From assembly GCF_964355755.1 (NCBI RefSeq), contig NC_092672.1, forward strand, positions 620,001 through 684,000: a stretch of DNA of 64,000 nt, given 5' to 3'. The DNA is from Antedon mediterranea. Lineage: Eukaryota; Animalia; Echinodermata. Of this stretch, positions 26,902 to 39,910 are shown one piece after another (position 1 is the stretch's first letter; each line of letters begins with the position of its first letter). The translations under genes and the position numbers were made by a program. Under the pieces are notes generated by a model, which was given only the letters and a program-made list of their open reading frames with translations, was not told the origin of the DNA and searched no databases.

Positions 26902-27224
26902 GTATTTAAATTCTGTTTGTGAAATAGTTTTTCGACTAAAACATATAAACAAATATACATATGAATACTGGGCGAATACTGTAGTTTTACATGCCAGCTA
27001 GCCTGCTAAAATACGAATATAAGCTATAGGCCTAGGCCCTACTAGAGTACTAGCCTAGCTAGCTAGGCCTAGAGAGAGTAGTAGTACTAGTACTAGTAGT
27101 CTAGGCCTAGATTAGAGAGGCAGAATGAGAATAGTACAAGATGATGTAGTGTAGCGGGCGGTTATAGTCTAGACTGGAGAGAGGCAGAATGAGAATAGTA
27201 CAAGATGATGTAGTGTAGCGGGCG

Positions 27225-27680
27225 GTTATCAGACGATCGGAACCACGGACAATCGGGCCCACTTCAAGACGATCGGGCCCAAATCGTGAGACGATCAGGC
27301 ACATTAAGGGTGAAAGACGATTGGGCCCAACAAACAAGACGATCGGGCCCAAAACATTCTTGGAAATTTTTTTTAATTACGCGAATACAAACAACACAAT
27401 AATAACAATCAAAATCAATCACGTTTATTCATAAATCGAGAATATTGGTAAGAAATTCTTAAAACCAGTAGGCCTAGTCTTATGACTTAATTAGGGAAAA
27501 ATTATAATAAAATCAGAAAAAATCTAATTAACCTTTTTAATTAAAATCTGAATTATGCAAGAAAAGCACGACACTAGCACTAGGAAGGAATGAAAATGAT
27601 GAAATGTGGCACATTATTTTATATAACACAAAAGACTATCGGGCCCAACGCTAAGACGATCGGGACCAATAGCGACCCTG
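27225..27680. repeat. Unclassified DNA-transposon-like remnant with repeated AGACGATCGGGCCC motifs
   Basis: About 8 dispersed copies of the motif; a loosely similar motif cluster is at 10075-10150. Confidence 0.5.
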
Positions 27681-27924
27681 CATGCATGCAGTTCAGGCCT
27701 AGCATAGGCTATAGAGTGTAGAGACCTAGGCATCACACACAATATTTAATAAATATACTGTAACTGGCAATGTGCTGTAACACTGCAATATTACAACGAA
27801 GCAGTCACAATGTATAAAATAATGAATAACTTGACACCATCCTACTTAAGAAACAGATTCTATAAACGCAAACAAACATATACAATCAGGTAATACTAGA
27901 TCAAAAGATATTCGAAGTTTACAT

Positions 27925-28264
27925 TTATAAGGCAAACACTGAGTATAAAAAGAAAAATGTCTCGTATTCTGGCGCAAAGCTATGGAATAGTTTAAATGCT
28001 ATAAACTCAAATGCAATTACAGCTCCTAATATACATATATTTAAAAAAATTATAAATGACCAAAGATAAAATATACTTGAAAGTGAAACTCTATATTTTT
28101 CATGAAATCTTTTTTTTGTTTTTGTACTGTAGTGTAAATGATAACTTGTGTAATAGTATAAATAGTTTTGTAGTAAGTAACGGCCTTCTGAAAAACACCA
28201 ATATGGTGATTCAAGTGTTTGCATCCGTTTTTAAATAAAGTTGTTATTATTATTATTATTATTA
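27925..28264 (+). mobile_element. Decayed CR1/L2-like LINE 3' end
   Basis: SYSGAKLWNSL RT C-terminal motif at about 27961-27993, AATAAA and an (ATT)n tail. Confidence 0.6.
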
Positions 28265-28415
28265 CTGCATGCAATAGTCTAGAATAGAATGAACTTATTT
28301 ATTTACATTTATTTGATGATTTATATGTTTATTACTCACTGTCTATTATGTAGTAAATTAAGGTGGGCTCCTGCTTCATTAACATTATATATTGTTGATT
28401 GTTTGTTAAAGAGCA

Positions 28416-31400
28416 ATGTCAGGAAGGTTTACTCGTACTAATTCAATGGCCCAGCCAAGTTCATTACAAGTTGTGAAAGATTTTGAACGTGCCTCGTCTC
28501 CGCTCCGAGTCTTCGTTGATGCTAAGAAGAAAATAAATGGAATCTTTCATGGACTTTACACGCATATTGAAGACAGCAGGAAGTTTATGAAATCTGGTAA
28601 ATCAATTGTACTAACAGTAAAACACTAATAATACAATAACTTTTCCTGAACTCTTTGAAATCTAAATTGAATCAATGAAGTTTGTTCATTATCAATATAC
28701 AATAATGTTTAAAAAATGATTCAAAATGTATTTTGTTTTAGATGCAACTGGTGATGCTGACATCATCACTACAGAAGAAAAAGAGAAGATTGATGGCTTC
28801 TCTGATCAGGTGGATTGTATTGCGGAAATTCTTGCCAGGGATAACATGAAGGTGGCATTCTTTGGCAGGTAATATAATAAAATGCATGTGGTCTGTTTTG
28901 CATATTCCATAGTAATTCCAAAGTGTAACTCGTACATTTACAACATCAAACAAGTTTGATTTACTTATGTTAAGTTGCATCATGGACATATAAATTAGTG
29001 CTTACATTAAAGGTGTATTTTATGTAGATTAATAATTACTAATTATTGTTTATATTAGAACAAGTAATGGCAAAAGCACTGTTGTGAATGCAATGATGCG
29101 TGACAAGGTCCTGCCCACAGGTATCGGACATACAACGGACTGTTTCCTGAGTGTTGAGGCTAGTAATCTGGATGAGGCATACATTATCACACCTGATTCT
29201 GAAGAAAAGAAAAGCATCCAGGTAAGGGTGAAGACACATATCTGTGGTTTGGTTTGGTTTATTAGAATTATCTGTAATACATTAGGTAAGTTAAAGCCGC
29301 CCACTCACCTAACACACTTCAAAGATGGCCCTGGTGTGTGCTATTTAGGGCCTACATAATTTGGTAAATACACACCAAGGTACAAACAGCACACCTAGAT
29401 CACATGTAAAAGATGAAATTGTCTATTTTAAGAATAAATTGAAGCTAGCCAAAGATTATTTTTAATTGATTTTTACCATTTTTAGTCTGTGAATCAGATT
29501 GCCCATGCTCTTTCAAGTGAAAACCTGAATGACCAGAGTTCTATGGTTCGAGTGTTTTGGCCAAAAACAAGATGCCATCTGTTACAGAATGATGTTGTAC
29601 TCATGGATAGGTAACACTGCAAACATTTTTATTGCTAATCTTTAATTTTAAGCGAATTCAAAGTTGGTTGCTTGGAATTTACAAATACAAGAGCTTTTAA
29701 TACCAGTATTAGGTTCTTTAAATATATGGGAGATAGAATTCCTAAAATTACTGTAACCTGGGAGGAAGTGGAAGAGCATTATTGCTGTATTGGAGATTTG
29801 AGAACTTATTATATGTCTTGAGTTCATATGAAATGTCTGCAGGCAGAAATGAATGTATAAATGCTTTATACTCTCACATGACAGCCCTGGTGTTGATGTA
29901 ACTACAGGCCTTGATGAATGGATTGATAAGTACTGCATGGATGCTGATGTGTTCGTCTTGGTTTCTAATGCAGAATCTACTCTTATGAGGACGGTGAGTA
30001 AGCATTCCATTTATCTTTCTAGTTCATAACGATCATTAGGGAAATTATCTCATGCAACATTATGCAAAGTGCATTAAATATGTGCTTTTGCATTATTGAG
30101 AGGAAGAATTTCCAAAAGAGATGTCTTCAATTTCCTTTCCCTATTACCGTTTGATATTTTAAAGAAAATGTCACTCACTTCCACAATTATCATTAGACTA
30201 GCAACACAGAAACCTATGGACCTCAAACCTTTCTATTTGGAAATGTTTACAAAGGGAAGTTGCCATGTTTTATAGTTTTTTATCATAAATATTACACAGA
30301 TTTATTAAAGACACCTTTTGCTTTACAGGAGAAAGGATTTTTCCACAAAGTCAGTGAAAAGTTATCAAAACCAAACATATTTATTTTGAATAATCGTTGG
30401 GATGCGGCAGCATCAGAACCAGAGTTTATGGATGCTGTGAGTAAACATAAATAGTTCACTTATTGTTGTATAATAATAATACATAAAAATGTCTATAGCA
30501 TCGTTATCTTTCTCTCTTATGGCGCTATGTGGATTAACAACTCATAAAACATTAGCAATTAGTGATGTGTCTCTGACCCCACTTATTTTCAGTCATATGT
30601 TCTTGAAACACACAATGATTGAAAGAATTTGCCTCCATTATCTCTGTTTTGTTAATTTTGAATACAAATTAAATAAAAAATCAAATAACTTTTTTAGGTG
30701 AAACAACAACATCTTGAACGTGCTGTTGACTTTCTTGTAAATGAATTGAAAGTAGTAACAGCTCAGCAAGCAGAAGATCGGATCTTCTTTGTGTCGGCAA
30801 AAGAAGTGTTGCAGGCCAGGATACAAAAGCAACAGGGTATGCCAGAGTCAGGTATTTGCATGCTAGCTTGCTGGCTGTTCTGTTTTACTTTTGCAATATT
30901 TTAATTTAATATAATTTATAAATTAAAGTTTGCATTTTAATTTAAAGAATGAAATTTTAAATTACAATGTGTGCCTTTTTTTGTAACTTAATGTATTATT
31001 TTAATTCAATAGAAATTTTTCTCAATTTAAATGTCTTTTTTAAATTCCCAATATTTCCCAATTTCAATATGTTAGAGTGGATTGTTTTTTTTGTACAATA
31101 ATTTAATGTGATAAGCTTTAATTTTTAAATGTAATTATTTTTTGACAATATTAGTGCATATTGTGTGCCTTTTCTAATATGGTCTAGCCTAAGTTTTCAG
31201 AGAGTGACCTTTTTAATGCATTTGTATGCTTTTAAGCCAAGTGCTTTAGTTTCATTAGAATAAATGTATTGTATATGTATATTAAAGCTCAGGTACAGGC
31301 ATGATTTTTAAATATAATATCTGGTTAATTGTACATAAATCAAATATTTGTAACAGAAATCAAGACGAAAAAACATAAATTCCCCCTAATATGGTCAAAT

Positions 31401-34400
31401 ACAAAATTTGGCAAAATTCTGCCAAAAAAAACCAGGAAGACTTTTTTTCAGTAGTTAGGTAGTTAACATAATGTAATAACATGTCTGGTGACTCCCTAGA
31501 AGGTGAAAAAAGATGGTAGATATACGGTGGATAATTTTTGCTATAGCATGAAAATAAAAATCTGAAGTTGAATAAAAATACCAGAAATGTAAAATTCAAG
31601 TTATATTACCTATATTTAGTCATCTGATAACATTTTTTACCACACCGTTTATTTTTCATAGCTTTTTAAAATGCCTCTCTAATAAAAAAATTTGTGTACA
31701 AAAGAATAGAGATTTTAGTGTGTAATTTGAACTGTCCCCCCACTGATAAGAAAGTGCTAATTTTCAACAAGCTCGTGTAACACAAATAAAATCCCAAAAA
31801 TTATGAAACTTAGGGGAAACTATTGATCGATAATTATTGAAATGTATGACCAATAGAAATGTTGTACCCGCACCTGGCCTTTAAGGGATTTAGATTGATA
31901 ACACACCAACACAGACTGTGTTACTTCTTGACACAAAAAATACAACCTTTCCTCCTGCAATTTATTATCATTTTGTGTTTTTTCAAGGTGGTGCGTTAGC
32001 AGAAGGTTTTCAAGCTAGACTGTTTGAATTTGAAAATTTTGAACGAAAATTTGAGGTAATTTTCTTTATTGAGTCAGAGAAAACAGTTTTAGTGAATACA
32101 TAATAATCTACGGTAAATGTTGTCCGTTAGATTGAGATAAGACACAATGGGTATACTTGTTTGATATTTATTATATTGTTTCAAGAGGTTCCCACTTCTG
32201 TGCTAGGCCATTCGCCAATGGTTTCCTCTCGAGCTATTTGCCCAATCATTAAATCAATTGGAGAAGCATACGAGAAGTCTGAGGCATTACTGTACATACA
32301 CATGTATTTTCTGCTCTACATTACAAAAATTTAACATCTTGTACTGTTTTTTAAAAAGGAATGCATATCTAAGTCTGCAGTAATCACTAAGTTTGAGCAG
32401 CATGGCAGACAAGGTCAGCAGATAACACAAGAGATACAGGCTCTGATGGAATCTGTTTATGAAAGAGCTGCAAGAAAGAGGTACACTTTAATCATAGTTG
32501 AAACTGTTAGTACAGCAATATACATTGAAAGTTTAGTTTAATATATGAATTCACTTATGGTTGCTGTTTATGCCACAACTGCAAGAAAAGGGTACAGTTT
32601 AATGGTAGTTCAAGTTTTGGCCGTTAAATTGATCCTGTGTTTGTTAGTACAGCAATATGCATTGCAAGTACTGTTTCTGAGCAGCGTGGTCATGACGTTA
32701 TCGGTTGTTGATGTTGACGCTGTACGCCTCTCAATGGTTGTAGATTGATGACGTCGGGACCAGGCTGCTCGTTTGATTGATTGATAATAAATAAATAAAA
32801 TAAATAATAACATTTATAAAGCGCAAGAGACAAAGGTTTCAAAGCGCTGTGTTTTCCAAGATCTGTGCAAGTAGTAGCGTGTGATTATGCTTCTCTGAAG
32901 AGATGAGTTTTTAGTTTAGTTTTAAATGTGATAACAGATTTTGATGAGCGTATTTCGAGGGGTAGAGTGTTCCAGAGTTTTGGGGCTGCGACAGCGAAAG
33001 CACGATCACCGTAAAACCGAGTTCTGGAACGGGGTCCAGGTTTTAGAAGAAGTCTGCTGGATGAACGAAGCGAAGCTCTTTCATTTACATAATGTTGGTA
33101 TTTACATTTTAGAGCATCATGTATTGAGAAAAGAAAAGAGAAAGGTGATTTGCTTGACCACATCACCAAACAACTCACCATTCTAACGACAGAATGTAAG
33201 GATAAGATTAAAGATATCTCTGAACAAGCAGAATATAAGGTGAGATCAGTTTTTTTTTAAAGTCTTTTTATTACTTTTGTTTTTTCTATGTAAGTGAATA
33301 CCTTTATTAAAAATATGGAATAACCTATTCAAAGTCTGATTTAATTCATCCTTAACAAACTATACTACTACAATAGGCTCTGTAACTTTTGCATAACTGC
33401 TGTTCTCAATAACAGAATGATTTAATTAATCTATGTTTTTAAGGGACAATGCATCTTAACATACTATACTATACTACTGTAGGCTTTTGCATAACTGCAG
33501 TTCTCATCTTTTAGTAATCCCCATAAAAAGTACATACTGTAAGATAATAATTGTTATATTTAACAGATATCAAGTGCTATGACTGAGGAAATTCGGCGTC
33601 TACACATTCTAGTTGATCAATTTGATCGACCATTTCACCCAGATCCACTTGTTATCAAGGTTTACAAAGAGGTATGTAACATCAATATTATTTACATCAT
33701 ATTCTTGTAGTATTTGTTTATATGTGCAGTATTTATATGTACAGTATTTATATGTACAGTATTTATATGTACAGTATTTATATGTACAGTATTTATATGT
33801 ACAGTATTTATATGTACAGTATTTATATGTACAGTATTTATATGTACAGTATTTATATGTACAGTATTTATATGTACAGTATTTATATGTACAGTATTTA
33901 TATGTACAGTATTTATATGTACAGTATTTATATGTACAGTATTTATATGTACAGTATTTATATGTACAGTATTTATATGTACAGTATTTATATGTACAGT
34001 ATTTATATGTACAGTATTTATATGTACAGTATTTATATGTACAGTATTGATATGTACAGTATTGATATGTACAGTATTTATATGTACAGTATTTATATGT
34101 ACAGTATTTATATGTACAGTATTTATATGTACAGTATTTATATGTACAGTATTTATATGTACAGTATTTATATGTACAGTATTTATATGTACAGTATTTA
34201 TATGTACAGTATTTATATGTACAGTATTTATATGTACAGTATTTATATGTACAGTATTTATATGTACAGTATTTATATGTACAGTATTTATATGTACAGT
34301 ATTTATATGTACAGTATTTATATGTACAGTATTTATATGTACAGTATTTATATGTACAGTATTTATATGTACAGTATTTATATGTACAGTATTTATATGT

Positions 34401-36623
34401 ACAGTATTTATATGTACAGTATTGATATGTACAGTATTGATATGTACAGTATTGATATGTACAGTATTGATATGTACAGTATTGATATGTACAGTATTTA
34501 TATGTACAGTATTTATATGTACAGTATTTATATGTACAGTATTTATATGTACAGTATTTATATGTACAGTATTTATATGTACAGTATTTATATGTACAGT
34601 ATTTATATGTACAGTATTGATATGTACAGTATTTATATGTACAGTATTTATATGTACAGTATTTATATGTACAGTATTTATATGTACAGTATTTATATGT
34701 ACAGTATTTATATGTACAGTATTTATATGTACAGTATTTATATGTACAGTATTTATATGTACAGTATTTATATGTACAGTATTTATATGTACAGTATTTA
34801 TATGTACAGTATTTATATGTGCAGTATTTATATGTGCAGTATTTATATGTGCAGTATTTATATGTGCAGTATTGATATGTGCAGTATTGATATGTGCAGT
34901 ATTGATATGTGCAGTATTGATATGTGCAGTATTGATATGTGCAGTATTTATATGTACAGTATTTATATGTACAGTATTTATATGTACAGTATTTATATGT
35001 ACAGTATTTATATGTACAGTATTTATATGTACAGTATTTATATGTACAGTATTTATATGTACAGTATTTATATGTACAGTATTTATATGTACAGTATTTA
35101 TATGTACAGTATTTATATGTACAGTATTTATATGTACAGTATTTATATGTACAGTATTTTATTTCCTTTTTATATCATATTTCTATGTATCTTTTATACT
35201 CAATACCTTTAATTTCCACAAATAACGTATACTGTCATGTTATTGAAAACACATAATATAATACTACATACATGTCTGAACAACACCCCTGGATGACTTG
35301 TTTTGACATATTCTTGTCTGGCTGACTGCCCTGGATGGTGTTTACCAGTGTATAGTTGGGACACAGACAGTGGCTTGTTACTAATAATAGTCTAGTATAA
35401 TAATTGTTAAACACTCTCACTTTGACTCTCACTCAGGAGAGACTGCAGAAAAAGAACCAGGAGATAGACAATAAATACCAGATCACTTATGATTGTCTAA
35501 TGTTATTATTAATACTAATAGTCTGCAGAGTACAATAACATCTAATCATAACAATACGCAAAACCAAATTATATCCTATATAATAATAAATGCAATATAT
35601 AAAATGAACACGTCAAATTGTTTTACAGGAGTTGCAGAAGTTTCTAGAAGAAGGCTTGGGAAGAAATCTTGATGCTCGGTGTTCATCGACAGTCTTACAA
35701 TCACTTGAACAAACTCAAACACAGATGACAGGTACTGCTTTCACTCATAACCATTTCCTGACCACACTTCACTTTCATGAATACAGTAATTATAACTGAT
35801 AAAGTAATACTTAGTACGGACAACAAGAGAGTAGCAGAAAATAATGTACAGAGCCTGAAAATACAAGGCAAATTAAAGATACTTGGTGGGTTATTTTTAG
35901 TATTATTTTTTATTATTTTTTGTTTTTCACACATTTTTTCTTTTTAGAACACATGTCCGCTCTTCTTCCGGAAGAACGTCAAAGTCAGATGAGCAGTCTC
36001 ATATTCCGTCGTGATTTTGATTTGAGTTACCGACTCGACTGCCGCCATCTCTGTGCAGACTTCAAAGAGAATATACAATTCCAATTCTCCTTGGGCCTAA
36101 CTGCTATGATGAATAAGTTCCTAGGTCCTAAGGGTACTAGAGTAGCCTTAACGGGCTTTACATCCATGGTAAGTACACATCATAATAATAATATAATAAC
36201 ATTGTTTATCATAACACAATAAGATACTTTTATGAATGGTTGTATGTATATAATAATGACTGAATTAATTGTTTTTCCCTTTTATTTATTATCCCTTTTT
36301 ATGAATGTTTTAAACTAATTTTATGAAAATATAGTGGTATTAGCCTTTGGATTACTTTCATTCATTCATTCATTCATTCATTCATTTATTTACACAAAGC
36401 AAAATTCAAAATATGTTGACAAAATATGAATCAAATTAATAGTAATGCCTTGTGTCTGGAGAAACTCAAATAAGCTCAGAGAGCTTTAAGACTGGTTCCA
36501 CCAGGAAAAAAGGTGTTATAATAAAATAATAATAATATATAATAGACAGAGACAAACAGGGAAACAGACGGTACATACACAACGCAAGAGACCAAAAAAA
36601 ATAAATAAATAAAAAAAAAATAA

Positions 36624-36662
<39 letters not shown>

Positions 36663-38826
36663 AAAAAATAAATAAATAAATAAATAAATACCTTCTGTAT
36701 TTTTATGACAATAAGCAAATAATAAACACAAAGTATTATGCTTATTAATTATTGAGTCATCGTAATATTATTTTGACTTCTGTTTCCAGATGCCAAGACA
36801 CTTGCCACCCCCTGGACCAGCTACTGGTACCAATCAGAGCTCACCTGACGAGGATGTTGCCGTTGCTATGGTTTCTGGATTAGCTTCACTTTATTCACGT
36901 ACTTCTGTTGGTTTGATATTTATAGGAGGAATTGTAAGTCGTCTCTTTCAATTTCTTACACTAATTTATCTAATGCCCTCTTTCTGTCGGAGATTTTGAA
37001 GTCAAACTTTTGATAATTGAATCAATCCCAAAAGATGATTGTAGCATAACAACCAAAACATTGAGACATTCTCAATACTTTATTTCCTTTTAGAAACACA
37101 TGGTGTACCACAAAACTGACATATTTTATTTATTTCTTTTATTTCTTTATTCTTTATACTTGGAAGTCTGTTAGTAGTAAACTACAGTTCTCCCACAGTT
37201 CCCAGTATGTGTGAGTGACAGTGGCTGTGTGTACTAGTACTTACCTTGTGTTTATTCTCTGCAAACTTTTAAAGAATATTGAATCAGAATACAAATTCTC
37301 CATATATTCACACTATCTGGATTTCTGGATTGTCCAATTGATTTAAATTATGAATAGTAAATTAAATAGATCTTTAGGAATTGCCCTTTTTAGCATTGGG
37401 TTCAAGCTGTCTGTCGCTTACTATATTATTTACTGTGTAATAGACCTTTCTAGAATGTCTTTATCTCTGTTGAGCTTAATACACTAATTAAGTATTAAGT
37501 CTCTTTCCTTGTCAGATTTGGAAATCAGTTGGCTGGCGTATCTTAGCAGTAGCTGGAGGGATGTATGGAGGCATCTATATGTATGAAAGGCTGACATGGA
37601 CAAATAAAGCCAAAGAACGTACATTTAAGAGACAGTTTGTGGATTACTCAGCAGAGAAGCTTCAGCTGGTAGTCAACTTCACTAGTGCAAACTGTAGTCA
37701 TCAAATTCAACAGTAAGGACACAATAGTAATCTCATATACATTTTTCCAAATACAACCTTTATACAAAACAGTCGGGAGACTTTATAAAGCCATGGCTAA
37801 ACCATAGAGGGCACTAAAATTTGTTAAAATGCATCCAAACATAGATGCTACTAAAGCTCTATCTACACTATCAAACTTTATGTGAAAAGAAAGTGTGATG
37901 TACCCAAATATGGTAGTGATATGTTTAAATATGGTAGTGATATGACATCATCATATCCATATATGGGCACATCACATTTTGTTCATCCGGTATCTTTGTT
38001 TTGAGCTGCCTATGTTGCCTTTAGTTAAATTATTATTATTGGGACATTGAGCTTTTTAATTACCCAGTTAAATTTCAGTTCATTTTTAATCCTTTTATTT
38101 CACAATTGTGTTGCTAGGGAGTTGTCGACAACATTTGCCAGATTGTGCCAGGAAGTAGATACCGCAAAAGAAGCATTAAATAAAGAAATTGTTGTTCTTG
38201 ATGCTGAAAAAAATAAGCTAGAAAAACTAATGAATGATTCAAAATTACTTCGGTAAGTAAAAGAGGATCTAACTGTTTTATGTGCATAGGGCCCTGGGTG
38301 GGACTACTTATGAACATACTTCCTGGGTGGGACTACTTATGAACATACTTCCTGGGTGGGACTACTTATGAACATACTTTAGTAAATGTGAACTAGTAGC
38401 CCAAGGATAATAACATTGAGGATTTAGTTAATGCACTCTTGTCGACCCTGAGAAACTCTTTCTAGAGGACTTAAGAGACTACAACTGCTAGGTACAAGGT
38501 ACTTATTGGAGAACTCAGGGAGGGACAACTTAGCCCTCTATCGATAATAATAATATAATAATATAACAATTTATATAGCCCACATATCCACTAAAAGTGC
38601 TCATGATAGATAAACATGAATTTATTCCTGCTTTTTGGTCTTTCAATTATTATTTTTATAAAAACAACTTACTGATTTAGAATTCTTCTGTTTTCAACAA
38701 ATTACTTCTTTCCATCTATCAGTTTATATTAACTTGTTATGTTTTTTTTTTTCAAGAAATCGTGCCAATTGGCTGGAAAGTGAATTGATGCGGTTCATTC
38801 GTCAATACCTTGGCAACGAAGACTAA
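28416..38826 (+). CDS. MFN: Mitofusin (MFN1/2, Marf ortholog), dynamin-like GTPase
   Basis: 17 exons: 28416-28596, 28742-28868, 29059-29221, 29486-29610, 29885-29993, 30329-30436, 30698-30851, 31988-32055, 32359-32480, 33113-33239, 33567-33671, 35629-35731, 35948-36168, 36790-36933, 37516-37712, 38118-38252 and 38757-38826. Motifs [45 protein letters not shown] and [14 protein letters not shown]. Confidence 0.97.
31286..31880. mobile_element. Kolobok-like non-autonomous element in mitofusin intron 7
   Basis: TTAA flanks, AG..CT termini, imperfect TIR AGCTCAGGTACAGG / CCCGCACCTGGCCT. Confidence 0.6.
32785..33078 (-). mobile_element. L2/CR1-clade LINE 3' fragment
   Basis: Peptide [32 protein letters not shown] followed by a GCGCTTTG..GCGCTTTATAAAT end and a (TTAT)n tail. 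Confidence 0.85.
33712..35158. repeat. 15-bp minisatellite, about 96 copies, in mitofusin intron 11
   Basis: Unit TATGTACAGTATTTA with clustered variant blocks. Confidence 0.98.
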
Positions 38827-39268
38827 CCTAACTAAGTGGTCTGGATTTGAAACAGAGTCTGCAAAGAGTCTATGCTCATGGATAGCTTTATTTGTAGGTA
38901 TCTTTGTATACTAAAAAAATGTATAAATATGGAATTTTAAATACAATTTTATTTTATGGTATTATTGACTTATTGGCTCAACTTTACACACACTTTAATA
39001 TTTAAATTTCTAATTTATAATGTGTTGATTGCTTTGAAAAATTAACTCTCTGTATGTTCTGTTATATTTAATGAATTTACATCATTATTTTGAAGAAAAA
39101 AAACCTGATTTTGTTTAAAATTATATCTGAGACAACAGTAAATAGATTTTTGTTGCAAATTAGAATTTAAATTTATATTTCATAAAATAGGTGAAGCTGA
39201 AGTAAAAATCTGAATTCTATAAGTAGTATAGTATTGATATGCATTTCAAATAAAATAATTTTGAATCT

Positions 39269-39368
39269 GTAGAACCAGGGAAGAACGACACTCTTCCTTG
39301 GTACAACCAGGGAGTTGCTTATTTTACAACTCCCTGGTACAACCATGGAGTAATCTCCATGGTACAAC
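39269..39368. mobile_element. Array of three ultra-short palindromes separated by a 7-bp direct repeat
   Basis: GTAGAAC|CAGGGAAGA..TCTTCCTTG|GTACAAC|CAGGGAGTTG..CAACTCCCTG|GTACAAC|CATGGAG..CTCCATG|GTACAAC. Confidence 0.85.
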
Positions 39369-39430
39369 TAACTATAGGTTTTACATAATAATAATATTAT
39401 GTATATACATTGTTCCTTGGATACATATCC

Positions 39431-39910
39431 TGTACCACAAACCTGACTTTACTATCATTTATATACTAGATAAGTTAATCCTCAAATATTAATACAATAT
39501 TATATGAATGTACCACAAACCTGACTTTACTATCATTTATATACTAGATAAGTTAATCCTCAAATATTAATACAATATTATATGAATGTACCACAAACCT
39601 GACTTTACTATCATTTATATACTAGATAAGTTAATCCTCAAATATTAATACAATATTATATGAATGTACCACAAACCTGACTTTACTATCATTTATATAC
39701 TAGATAAGCTAATCCTCAAATATTAATACAATATTATATGAAATTGAATGTACCACAAACCTGACTTTACTATCATTTATATACTAGATAAGCTAATCCT
39801 CAAATATTAATGCAATATTATATGAAATTGAATGTACCACAAACCTGACTTTACTATCATTTATATACTAGATAAGCTAATCCTCAAATATTAATGCAAT
39901 ATTATATGAA
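39431..39910. repeat. 78-83 bp tandem repeat, 6 copies, downstream of the mitofusin stop
   Basis: Unit starts TGTACCACAAACCTGAC at 39431, 39509 and 39587. Confidence 0.95.

Noticed and set aside
33613-35256. Long ORFs of about 500 aa (ICTVF/MYSIY repeats)
   Set aside because: Translations of a 15-bp minisatellite inside a mitofusin intron.
39269-39368. True CRISPR array
   Set aside because: The repeat is only 7 bp and the spacers are the palindromic part; better explained as stacked TSD-forming insertions.
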